DNA of 64,000 nucleotides from Candidatus Falkowbacteria bacterium (GTDB lineage Bacteria; Patescibacteriota; Patescibacteriia; UBA11705; JABHMO01): NCBI GenBank assembly GCA_018674305.1, contig JABHAL010000001.1, positions 68,635 to 132,634 of the forward strand, read 5' to 3'. Shown piece by piece: positions 37,809 to 46,754 of this stretch (position 1 is its first letter; each line of letters starts with the position of its first letter). The notes under the pieces were generated by a model. It saw only the letters and a program-made list of their open reading frames with translations, ran no database searches and was not told where the DNA came from. The position numbers and the translations under genes were made by a program.

Positions 37809-38591
37809 TTAATTTCGGTAGAAGAATGGCTCAGGTCCGTTTGGACCTACCCAATCGTAGTCTACCCAACCAGAATCGGTGTAGACCTTTGGGCAATGTT
37901 CATTGTTAACAGACCACTTTAAACCAGTTGAGATTACTCGATCACAGACCCTCTCAGTGAAGTTGCCAGTATGTCGAGCAAAATCCTCTGTTTCCACGCC
38001 TTCAACGGTGACCATTGCGCCTGAAATCTCATATGTGGCGTTGATGTATCCGTCGCAATCAGAGTCTAACATATACCCATTCTGACAGGTATCACCTGTT
38101 TCAGGATAAACCGCACCAAGGCACTCCTCTGCCCAGATACAATCTGGTTGGCAAAACCGTGTACCGAATTCGCAGGCTCCAACTGTAGTGGCACCGCAAA
38201 TCCGCATATCTCCAGGTTCACATTGACGTCTTTCGTCATAACAAGACTCAGGCTGTGAACGCTTGTCCATCGCCTGAAGAGCTGTTCCAAGTGCAAGTAA
38301 ATCTACTGCCTTGTGACCAGCTCCCTTTGAGCAGTCACACTTACCAGGCACACCCTTCTTACCGGTGTCTCCACGCAGAAGATTTCGGAGCTCAGGATCA
38401 TTTTGCAGGTCCTGTTTCAAAGCCTTAATCAACTCCTGTTGAGATGATTGATTCTCCTTAAGATCGTAAACTACCCCCTTGAGAATTGACACCTCCCGTG
38501 TTGTCAGGATAAGGCTTACTCCAGACACACAAAACAGAACCAAAAGAACTGCAATAATACCCTCTTTCATCATCTCCCCCTTTTCAATCAA
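37809..38591 (-). CDS. secreted Cys-rich protein with short collagen-like GxxGxxGxx segment; relatively G+C-rich
   Basis: N-terminal TM/signal; ~24 Cys; RGDTGKKGVPGK. Confidence 0.5.
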   Translation of the reverse strand: MIEKGEMMKEGIIAVLLVLFCVSGVSLILTTREVSILKGVVYDLKENQSSQQELIKALKQDLQNDPELRNLLRGDTGKKGVPGKCDCSKGAGHKAVDLLALGTALQAMDKRSQPESCYDERRQCEPGDMRICGATTVGACEFGTRFCQPDCIWAEECLGAVYPETGDTCQNGYMLDSDCDGYINATYEISGAMVTVEGVETEDFARHTGNFTERVCDRVISTGLKWSVNNEHCPKVYTDSGWVDYDWVGPNGPEPFFYRN

Positions 38592-38619
38592 GTTTATTAT
38601 TCCAAATTGCTATCATTGC

Positions 38620-38648
38620 ATTATAGCATGTTTTTATTAATTTGTCAA
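38620..38648 (-). promoter_or_regulatory. consensus promoter TTGACA-17-TATAAT (TGcTATAAT) on minus strand for 37809-38591
   Basis: Minus-strand reading ttgacaaattaataaaaacatgctataat. Confidence 0.5.
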
Positions 38649-38675
38649 TACCCAGTGGCTAAATTTACACAAAAA

Positions 38676-38702
38676 ATGAGCAGAACTGCTCATTTTTGAC
38701 TT
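38676..38702. terminator. bidirectional hairpin aaaaatgagcag-aa-ctgctcattttt
   Basis: 3' of gene 38759-40615. Confidence 0.5.
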
Positions 38703-38758
38703 ATGCGGCCCTATTAATTCAACTTTACAGAAATCAAGGGTAGAACAATGTTCTGCCC

Positions 38759-40615
38759 CTACTTTACAGGGCCATCCTTTAACTTACCTTTATTATCGTA
38801 AATCAACTTGGTGGTTACAGCACCCAAATTTTTAGTAATAACATTACCTGTAACTTTATCCGTACCACGAACACTAACATCCGTTAAAAGTGCTGGATAA
38901 CTCCCCTGTTGAGATGCGGTGGGAACAATGGCGACCTGAAAAGCAAAGCCAAGATTATAGGCATCTACTGAAACTTGAGAAATGTTCCAGGTTATAGTTT
39001 TATCCTCTGAATTATAAATAATAGGATCGCCAACTGGAACATTGCTTTCATCCAACCAAACCACATTAAATGGCAGTTTCGCTGAGACCGTAGCATTCTC
39101 AACATCATTAATATCATTAATCATTTTAGCAAAAATCCAATACTTAGTTTCTTTGCCTACTCGCGGTGGAATAGGACCACGGCCAAGCTGATCGCCAGTC
39201 GCAGCATAATACATTGGATAAGCTTGAACTGACAAGTTAGAATTCAACTTTTCACTTTGACTCAAACCCTGAATTTCTACTTCCTGACCTTCAACCTTAA
39301 ATCGATATTTCAAACCACTAGTTAAACTAATACTCTGACTACCACTAACATATTCACGGGTAGCTAGAGTTAATTTCAAAGATTTAGTTTCCTTTGGCTG
39401 AACCAACGCCAGAGATGGATTTTGTTTATAATCCCAAATGACTGTTTTGTTTTTACTATCAATTACAACTTCTTGATCGGCCTCTGTCTTGCTGACTTGC
39501 CAATAATCCCCTGAAAGTTGCAATTCAATATGTAAATTCTCAATTGTATATTTACCTTGATTAGAATATGTAACGGTCACAGGCACGCTTTCTCCAGGAG
39601 TAACAGCTTCTTCTACTTCCACATCATAAACAATACTGAACTCAGGATCAAAAATTTGTTCTTGTTTTTGTATTCTAGCCTGGACTAATTCTCTATTTTC
39701 CTCATGCCAAACCACATTTAATTGAACGTCAACATTTTCTTTATCTGTATAGGCAGTGTGTCCAATTACAAAGTCTGATTTCTGCCCAGGCCCGAAATCA
39801 CTGATAGACCAACCATCATGTGAGCCAATCGGTTGATCATCCCACATTGGTTGAAGTTCAACATATTCATATGTAATATCTGCGCTAGTGTTTTCTAAAT
39901 GAACCGGCCAAGTAAATATTTGGCCTTTAACTAATTTGTCTGGTAAATCTGAGCTTAAATCCAAATAGCTATCAACAATACTGAATTTAAATATTTCGCT
40001 TTCAGAAAACTGACCCCACAAACGATCATTCTTTTTGTTCGTTTTATAAAAATTGGAACTAACAAATAAAAGCTGTTCGTCATCAATATCACCCCAAACC
40101 TGTCCACTAACTTCTATTTTACCATTTGCGCCAGCCTCTAAATTGCCTAGTTCAATAACATTATGTTCAAAATCATATTCTGCCCGTGAAACCTCATCCA
40201 ATTCAAAATATTCAGGATATCGGAAACTCATTACAAAATCCTGCAATTCAAATTTATTATCATTAGCATAATTAATTTCAAAAGTTACTTGTTGGCCACT
40301 GGTCAATTCAGTACTCGGTGCGGTAATTTCTAAATTTAATTTATTTGTAAAATAATGAAATCCACCCCACAGCCAAAATATATTCAAGCCAATCAAAACC
40401 AAAACTCCGGCCGCAATGACTAAATCCATTAATAAATGTTTTTTATTGAATTTGTATCTCACATGCCAGCGCTTTTTCAATTTCTTGTGAGGATACGTAA
40501 AAATGTTTACAATCACATTTTTTTTGCCTGCTTTTTCTGCCGCCCTGATAATATCTTCTTCGATTTTTTCTAAATCATCTGGAGCGTCGATGTTAATTTG
40601 TTTGTTTTTTGTCAT
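38759..40615 (-). CDS. large N-terminally membrane-anchored hypothetical protein (beta-rich extracellular region)
   Basis: Single TM ~residues 62-84; no recognised catalytic motif. Confidence 0.5.
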   Translation of the reverse strand: MTKNKQINIDAPDDLEKIEEDIIRAAEKAGKKNVIVNIFTYPHKKLKKRWHVRYKFNKKHLLMDLVIAAGVLVLIGLNIFWLWGGFHYFTNKLNLEITAPSTELTSGQQVTFEINYANDNKFELQDFVMSFRYPEYFELDEVSRAEYDFEHNVIELGNLEAGANGKIEVSGQVWGDIDDEQLLFVSSNFYKTNKKNDRLWGQFSESEIFKFSIVDSYLDLSSDLPDKLVKGQIFTWPVHLENTSADITYEYVELQPMWDDQPIGSHDGWSISDFGPGQKSDFVIGHTAYTDKENVDVQLNVVWHEENRELVQARIQKQEQIFDPEFSIVYDVEVEEAVTPGESVPVTVTYSNQGKYTIENLHIELQLSGDYWQVSKTEADQEVVIDSKNKTVIWDYKQNPSLALVQPKETKSLKLTLATREYVSGSQSISLTSGLKYRFKVEGQEVEIQGLSQSEKLNSNLSVQAYPMYYAATGDQLGRGPIPPRVGKETKYWIFAKMINDINDVENATVSAKLPFNVVWLDESNVPVGDPIIYNSEDKTITWNISQVSVDAYNLGFAFQVAIVPTASQQGSYPALLTDVSVRGTDKVTGNVITKNLGAVTTKLIYDNKGKLKDGPVK

Positions 40616-40674
40616 ATGGCTTGATTTAAGTTATAAGTAGTAAGTTGTAAGCAATAAATATTAAGTGTTAAGTT

Positions 40675-41310
40675 TCATGCTTCATTTTCTTCAACTATTT
40701 CGTACCGTTCTGCCACCTGATTTAAATAAAGACACATAGTATCTGCTTTACGTGTTAAAATTATTCTGACTGCGTCTGCAAATTTGCTATAACTAAATCC
40801 CTGAATGATAAAAACACTATCATCAAACTTATAACGCACCTTCATACCTTTTTCAAAAACACGCACTCCAACCTTAATACTGTCCGTCTCCATAGGAAAT
40901 TCTTCGTCTTTGGCATAATCACCTTGGAGTTTAATAATTTGTTCCCTAAACAGTAAAAGTTCTCTCCCTGTATTTACCTTGTGCACACCATTATCAATAT
41001 CTTCAACAACACCCACTTCACCATTACCAGCTGTATCCAAATAGACTACCAGATCGTCCACTTTAACTTCTGGCAAAGGATCTTTGGTTTCAATAAACCT
41101 AACGATCTGTTCCTTCTTGACGATATAATCTCGCAAAACCTGAAGAGCGCCCTTGCCTCCCTCTTCAGCTTTCACCTTAAGCTCAGCAAAACCCAAACCA
41201 CCTGAAATCACTTCCAACTCAGACATCAATCTATCAAAATGCGCTTGCTGAACTTCAGTGAAGTTAGCGTGGAGTGAGCGTTCCGTTAAATTTTGCTCTG
41301 AGCTAATCAT
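40675..41310 (-). CDS. cassette-array paralog 1: conserved ~80-aa N-terminal helical module + unique C-terminal domain
   Basis: N-terminus LTERSLHANFTEVQQAHFDRLMSELEVISGGLGFAELKVKAEEGGKGALQVLRDYIVKKEQIVRFIETK. Confidence 0.6.
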   Translation of the reverse strand: MISSEQNLTERSLHANFTEVQQAHFDRLMSELEVISGGLGFAELKVKAEEGGKGALQVLRDYIVKKEQIVRFIETKDPLPEVKVDDLVVYLDTAGNGEVGVVEDIDNGVHKVNTGRELLLFREQIIKLQGDYAKDEEFPMETDSIKVGVRVFEKGMKVRYKFDDSVFIIQGFSYSKFADAVRIILTRKADTMCLYLNQVAERYEIVEENEA

Positions 41311-41381
41311 AAATGTCGAATATAATAAAAAATAAATTTTTGATAATTAAAACGATTTGATCAATGGACATGAAATATACT

Positions 41382-42149
41382 TTACTCGATCCTTTCAAAA
41401 GCACCCGACATTAAATCCACTCGACCTGTCCCAATAATATCTGGTCCATCCGGCATAACAAATTTCATTGCTACAGCAACATAATTTTCAGGAGCCCCAG
41501 AAGCAACAACAACATCATGCCCTTCCACAAAGCCAATCACCTCCACAGAAGTTGATTTTACATATACATTTTGTGGACCAACTGACTTTACAAAGTCCTG
41601 CTTGTATTTAAATTTATCACCAACACTAATACCTTTATAAGACTGCATATCAAGTGGTGTATATACATTACCAGGCAATTCAGTTGCTGCTATGTATTTA
41701 ACTTTCCCATTTTCTAACTCATCCCAAGTATGAAATCTTGCCAAAGATTTACTATCCAAAAGCTGAGGAACACTCTCACTCTCCCCTAATACATAAATGT
41801 CATCCCCATGTCCAAAAGAAACTACTTTGAAACGCTTTCCATATAATTCCGGATGAGATTCCAAGTCAATACAAATGACTTCATCATTCTCTTTTATTTC
41901 ACCCTTTACTAGCGGTATTTCTTTCTTTTCAATAAACTCAACTATCTGCTCTTTCTTGGCGACATAATCTCGCATTACTTGAAGTGTTTTTTTATCACCC
42001 GCCTCAGCCTTCGCTTTTAGCTCAGCAAAACCCAAACCACCAGAAAGTTGTTCCAACTCAGACATTAATCTATCAAAATGCGATTGCTGAACTTCAGTGA
42101 AGTTAGCTTGGAGTGATTTTTCAGTTAGTTGTTGTTCGGGGTTTAACAT
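41382..42149 (-). CDS. cassette-array paralog 2 (C-terminal domain of the same type as paralog 5)
   Basis: Same N-module; C-terminal VYTPLDMQSY..GDKFKY..PENYVAVAMKFVMPDG. Confidence 0.6.
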   Translation of the reverse strand: MLNPEQQLTEKSLQANFTEVQQSHFDRLMSELEQLSGGLGFAELKAKAEAGDKKTLQVMRDYVAKKEQIVEFIEKKEIPLVKGEIKENDEVICIDLESHPELYGKRFKVVSFGHGDDIYVLGESESVPQLLDSKSLARFHTWDELENGKVKYIAATELPGNVYTPLDMQSYKGISVGDKFKYKQDFVKSVGPQNVYVKSTSVEVIGFVEGHDVVVASGAPENYVAVAMKFVMPDGPDIIGTGRVDLMSGAFERIE

Positions 42150-42163
42150 ATATTTGATGTTAA

Positions 42164-42874
42164 TTATTTTTCTATAAACAATTGTTTAAATCCTTCCACA
42201 GAACGATACGTTCTTAATGCCAAGCTCCCATCGGGAGATTGAACAGTATACAAAACCTTTACTCTAGAATATTTATCACTCCAACCAAACGATGTAATAA
42301 CTATTTTGCTACCAGAAATAATTTTAGGCCCAGTCCCATTGGATTTATAGTCTTTTCCTGTTTCCAACCCACGCCAACTATTCTTCGCTACTATATTTAC
42401 TAATTCTTTAGTCACTCCGACTTGTTCAAATCTGTCAGTAAGTTTTATCACCTGGTCTGCTAGTACTCTAAGTACTCGGCCATTATTATATTCTATCCTT
42501 AAAATCACACCACTCCGAGGACTCTCAACCTCAACTACTTCTGCAGGAAATGGCTCGCCATAAGTAGCGGATACTACCATTACGCTATCCCCAGCACGAA
42601 ACTCTTCATCATATTCCTCAATTCCACTCAAGCCAACTAATTCTTTAGTCTCAATAAACTCCACAATCTGCTCTTTCTTCGCGACATAATCCCGCATCAC
42701 CTGAAGTGCTTCTTTCTCACCTGCCTCAGCCTTCGCTTTTAGCTCAGCAAAACCTAACCCACCCGAAATCACTTCCAACTCAGACATTAATTTATCAAAG
42801 TGCGCTTGCTGAACTTCAGTGAAGTTAGCGTGCAAAGATTTTTCTGTTAGTTGCTGAGTCTCTAGATTAATCAT
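42164..42874 (-). CDS. cassette-array paralog 3
   Basis: Same N-module; unique C-terminal domain; ATGA overlap with paralog 4. Confidence 0.6.
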   Translation of the reverse strand: MINLETQQLTEKSLHANFTEVQQAHFDKLMSELEVISGGLGFAELKAKAEAGEKEALQVMRDYVAKKEQIVEFIETKELVGLSGIEEYDEEFRAGDSVMVVSATYGEPFPAEVVEVESPRSGVILRIEYNNGRVLRVLADQVIKLTDRFEQVGVTKELVNIVAKNSWRGLETGKDYKSNGTGPKIISGSKIVITSFGWSDKYSRVKVLYTVQSPDGSLALRTYRSVEGFKQLFIEK

Positions 42875-44145
42875 AGTTGTTTTTCTCCAAAAATTTTCAT
42901 ATTACCACGTTTATATGTAACCATTATTTTACCATCATTCATAACCGAAAAACCTGAAGCTTCTTCACCCACTTTAAAACTGGCACCCGTATCAATAATT
43001 TTATTGTTTGCAATAGAAAAAACTTCGATTTCTCCTCCTTCCGTCAGAACCATGATCTGACCATTTGGAGATGTGACAACTTCTACGAATTTATCCATAT
43101 CAAGACGATCATAGAGGTTTCTATCTACTTCTTCACCAGTCTTGGAATCAATCAACACTATTCCACAATATTCTAGCGCATCCGGTATATCTTCATCTTC
43201 ATCAACATACCAATTCACAGCGGCTGCAATATACTTTTCATCTACAGGAGCCAAATCAACTACCTGACGACATAATTTATCAAGGTCGGACTCATTGATG
43301 TCATCATCTGAAATTTTAGTTTCCCATTTGCGCTCTTTTGGTTTACTTTTATCAACACAAATAATATTTTCATGACCATACGAATCAGTAAGAACAACCT
43401 GTGTATCATTTAATCTAGTTATATTACTAGGCTCAAAATAAGAGTCCCCCTCTATAAGAATTGATTCATCTCCTGAGAAATCAATAAAATAAAGTATCCC
43501 CTTTTCATTTCCCTTACTAATGACTGCACAATTATCTTTATTTAAACTCACTCCATCAACAAATTTTTCCTTATTTATTGGGTGATTAGGATCAATAGCA
43601 AGCACTCCAAACCTTGACCAATGTGAACCATTTTTTTTCCATTCCAATCGATATAACTTACCCCTTTCGGAAACACACAAACAATTCCCAGGCTCTACTG
43701 GTATTAACCTACTAATGTCCGTGTCTATACTTTTAACTTTTTCAATTTGAAAATCATCTGACCGAACTACACTGATATAATCTTTTGAATCCCCCAATTC
43801 AAAATCTAAAACAAGCATTTCTGAACCTGGTGCCTTAAAAACCTTAGCTCGTGAACCTTTTTTTTCATAATCGTTAAGCTCTTCAAACTTATTCCAATTG
43901 ATCTTAAAATCAAACAAGTTCTTAGTCTCAATAAACTCAACAATCTGTTCTTTCTTCGCGACATAATCCCTCATTACTTGAAGCGCTTCTTTATCACCAG
44001 CTTCAGCCTTCGTTTTTAACTCTGCAAAACCCAATCCATCTGAAATCACTTCCAACTCAGACATTAATCTATCAAAATACGCTTGCTGAACTTCAGTGAA
44101 GTTAGCCTTGAGTGATTTCTCTTGTAATTGTTCTAGACTTTTCAT
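42871..44145 (-). CDS. cassette-array paralog 4 (largest, 424 aa)
   Basis: Same N-module; ~340-aa unique beta-rich C-terminal region. Confidence 0.6.
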   Translation of the reverse strand: MKSLEQLQEKSLKANFTEVQQAYFDRLMSELEVISDGLGFAELKTKAEAGDKEALQVMRDYVAKKEQIVEFIETKNLFDFKINWNKFEELNDYEKKGSRAKVFKAPGSEMLVLDFELGDSKDYISVVRSDDFQIEKVKSIDTDISRLIPVEPGNCLCVSERGKLYRLEWKKNGSHWSRFGVLAIDPNHPINKEKFVDGVSLNKDNCAVISKGNEKGILYFIDFSGDESILIEGDSYFEPSNITRLNDTQVVLTDSYGHENIICVDKSKPKERKWETKISDDDINESDLDKLCRQVVDLAPVDEKYIAAAVNWYVDEDEDIPDALEYCGIVLIDSKTGEEVDRNLYDRLDMDKFVEVVTSPNGQIMVLTEGGEIEVFSIANNKIIDTGASFKVGEEASGFSVMNDGKIMVTYKRGNMKIFGEKQL

Positions 44146-44237
44146 GAAGCTTATTTATTGGTTATTCTATACTGTATATTGGGTATTAGGTATTTGGTAT
44201 TATGTATCGGTTATGGGTATTCAGAGATTAATAAACG

Positions 44238-45014
44238 CTACGCGATTCTTTCCAAAGCCTTAACCATTTTTGCCACATTACCAGCTTCCACCTCAATTGT
44301 TCCATCCGGCATGGTAAATCTCATTGCCGCAGCTACAAAATTTTCCGGCTCTCCCGCTAGCACAAAAACATTATTTGACCGAACAAAACCAATAATTTCT
44401 ATCAGTTCAGCATCAACAAAACTATGGTTTGCGCTTACTGCTTCTTTGAATTTTTCTGTGTATCTAAATTTATCTCCAATCCTGACATTCATATATGCTT
44501 GCATATCTAATGGTGTATAAACCATTCCCCTAACATCAGTTGAATTTATTAATCTAGCAACGCCTTTATCCAATTCTTTTATGCTATAAAATCTGGCGAT
44601 ATTATTTATTGAAGTTTCGTAACCATGAAAAGTGCTTTGTCCAACAAATTTCGCAATTCCATTTTCGAGTTCAGACACTCCATATTTTTTTCCATAATTT
44701 TCATCTTCAGGATTAATAACCAGCACAAGATCACTAACTTTAATTTCACCCTTTATTGTAGGAAATTTTTCAAAAACTGTTTTTTTTGTCTCGATAAACT
44801 CCACGACCTCCTCTTTCTTCGCAATATAATCACGCATTACCTGAAGAGCCTCTTTGCTACCCGCTTCAGCTTTTTCTTTTAACTCAGAAAAACCTAAACC
44901 ACCCGAAATCACTTCCAACTCAGACATTAATCTATCAAAATACGCTTGCTGAACTTCAGTGAAGTTAGCTTTGAGTGCATTTGATTGTAGTTCTGTTTCA
45001 AATTTCATACTCAT
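44238..45014 (-). CDS. cassette-array paralog 5 (start at MSMKFETE; C-terminal domain of paralog-2 type)
   Basis: Same N-module; VYTPLDMQAY..GDKFRY..PENFVAAAMRFTMPDG; ATGA overlap with paralog 6. Confidence 0.6.
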   Translation of the reverse strand: MSMKFETELQSNALKANFTEVQQAYFDRLMSELEVISGGLGFSELKEKAEAGSKEALQVMRDYIAKKEEVVEFIETKKTVFEKFPTIKGEIKVSDLVLVINPEDENYGKKYGVSELENGIAKFVGQSTFHGYETSINNIARFYSIKELDKGVARLINSTDVRGMVYTPLDMQAYMNVRIGDKFRYTEKFKEAVSANHSFVDAELIEIIGFVRSNNVFVLAGEPENFVAAAMRFTMPDGTIEVEAGNVAKMVKALERIA

Positions 45015-45706
45015 AGGTCGCGGAGTTGTTTTTTTACTACTCCAATTTCCCAAACTATATGTGTCTTATTATTATTATCCCGGAATCTTACAAAAAGAGC
45101 CCCCTCTCTATATAAAAAATTTTCAATTAGCACTCCTTTTGGTAGAATCGTCTTAAAAGTTAAGTCAGTCACCATATTTTGACCAATTTTAATTCCATCC
45201 ACCTCCCTAAAATCAAGGATTTCATATTCAACTGCCCCATTGTCGATCATTTCGCCAGTTAACCGCATGCAATTTTCGCTTTTCGGTATCTTGATGCCAA
45301 CACCGCCACCAATATTGTATCGGACCCTAACAGTTTCTGGTTCTGGAAAGGATTCAACGACACCACCATCATGATAATGATTTTTAAGTTTTCCGGTACG
45401 ATGATCTCTTTCCACTTCTTTAACTACAACTCGGTCACCAATTTTAAGATTTTTTTCTCGGAGAACTTCTGGAACTTCTTTAGTTTCAATAAACTGCACA
45501 ATCTGCTCTTTCTTGGCGACATAATCTCGCATTACTTGAAGAGCCTCTTTGCTGCCCGCTTCAGCTTTCGCTTTCAGTTCAGCAAAACCTAAGCCATCCG
45601 AGATTACTTCCAACTCAGACATTAATCTATCAAAATGCGCTTGCTGAACTTCGGTGAAGTTAGCGTGGAGGGATTTTTCAGTTAGATTTTGTTCTAGAGT
45701 TAACAT
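45011..45706 (-). CDS. cassette-array paralog 6
   Basis: Same N-module; unique C-terminal domain beginning with an SH3-like GDRVVVKEV pattern. Confidence 0.6.
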   Translation of the reverse strand: MLTLEQNLTEKSLHANFTEVQQAHFDRLMSELEVISDGLGFAELKAKAEAGSKEALQVMRDYVAKKEQIVQFIETKEVPEVLREKNLKIGDRVVVKEVERDHRTGKLKNHYHDGGVVESFPEPETVRVRYNIGGGVGIKIPKSENCMRLTGEMIDNGAVEYEILDFREVDGIKIGQNMVTDLTFKTILPKGVLIENFLYREGALFVRFRDNNNKTHIVWEIGVVKKQLRDL

Positions 45707-45764
45707 ACTTTGTTTTTGTTACGTAATATGTGATATGTGTTATGTGCTCCGGGATACGCGATTT

Positions 45765-46457
45765 TCACTTCGTTCTACCTTTCTTCTTATTACCTTTCAA
45801 CTCATATTGCTCATTAAACATTTGTAATGTCATCGATTCCCAAACTCGTTTACCTTTTAGATGCCGATCAACAAATAGTAAAATCTCATATACTCCTACA
45901 ACAAAATGATGAATAACCGCCTGCCCGCTACCTGACGTCTCGTTATATCTTTTGTATAATTCTAATCCACCAAATTCCTCTCGATCCAAAACTCTTACTT
46001 CTTCGCCAAAAAATTGCCTTAAAGAACTATTATTAACATCATCACTATAACGAGAAATCTCATTAACATCAAAGCCAACTAGAAAATTATGCATCCCCGA
46101 ACAACGAACATGCTCGCCTTTCTCATCAACCTCTTCTACCACCCCTGTTTTACCATAAAATTGCTGTCGGTTTTTACAATAAACAATATGATCACCAGGC
46201 ACATATTTGATTTCCGCATTGACAACTTCTTTATTCTCTATAAATTCTACAATCTGTTCCTTCTTGGCGACATAATCCCGCATAACCTGAAGCGCTTCTT
46301 TATCACCTGCCTCAGCCTTCGCTTTAAGCTCAGCAAAACCTAATCCACCAGAAATTTGTTCCAACTCAGACATTAATCTATCAAAATAAATTTGCTGGAC
46401 TTCGGTAAAGTTAGCTTTTAGGGATTTCTCTTGAAATTGTTGCATTTCTCGTGACAT
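45765..46457 (-). CDS. cassette-array paralog 7
   Basis: Same N-module; unique C-terminal domain. Confidence 0.6.
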   Translation of the reverse strand: MSREMQQFQEKSLKANFTEVQQIYFDRLMSELEQISGGLGFAELKAKAEAGDKEALQVMRDYVAKKEQIVEFIENKEVVNAEIKYVPGDHIVYCKNRQQFYGKTGVVEEVDEKGEHVRCSGMHNFLVGFDVNEISRYSDDVNNSSLRQFFGEEVRVLDREEFGGLELYKRYNETSGSGQAVIHHFVVGVYEILLFVDRHLKGKRVWESMTLQMFNEQYELKGNKKKGRTK

Positions 46458-46459
46458 AT

Positions 46460-46738
46460 TTAATCCTTCAGTCGATTAATAATTATTAAACCTGCAATAT
46501 ACAAAAAAACCGGCTTGATAAATAAGATCAATAACCCAAGTCCACTACCGCCAAGTTTAACTAACCCAGTTCTTTCCGCTCCGAATACAGGACTACCCAT
46601 AATCCGGTTAACAATCAAAGTCATCCAAAGAAAAACAACCAATGATAACAAAACCAAAAGAGTCATTTTTGTGTGCTGAGTTAAGTAATATCTACTTAAT
46701 GTTTTGATGTAAAGTTTGTATTTTTGAAATTTACCCAT
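46460..46738 (-). CDS. small two-TM membrane protein immediately upstream of the cassette array
   Basis: Hydrophobic helices; 2-nt gap to paralog 7. Confidence 0.45.
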   Translation of the reverse strand: MGKFQKYKLYIKTLSRYYLTQHTKMTLLVLLSLVVFLWMTLIVNRIMGSPVFGAERTGLVKLGGSGLGLLILFIKPVFLYIAGLIIINRLKD

Positions 46739-46754
46739 ATATTTTACTGATTAA

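Noticed and set aside
44158-44520. 120-aa plus-strand ORF within the cassette array
   Set aside because: It is antisense to paralog 5 and the intergenic spacer. It is S/T/A-rich and lacks promoter or RBS context.
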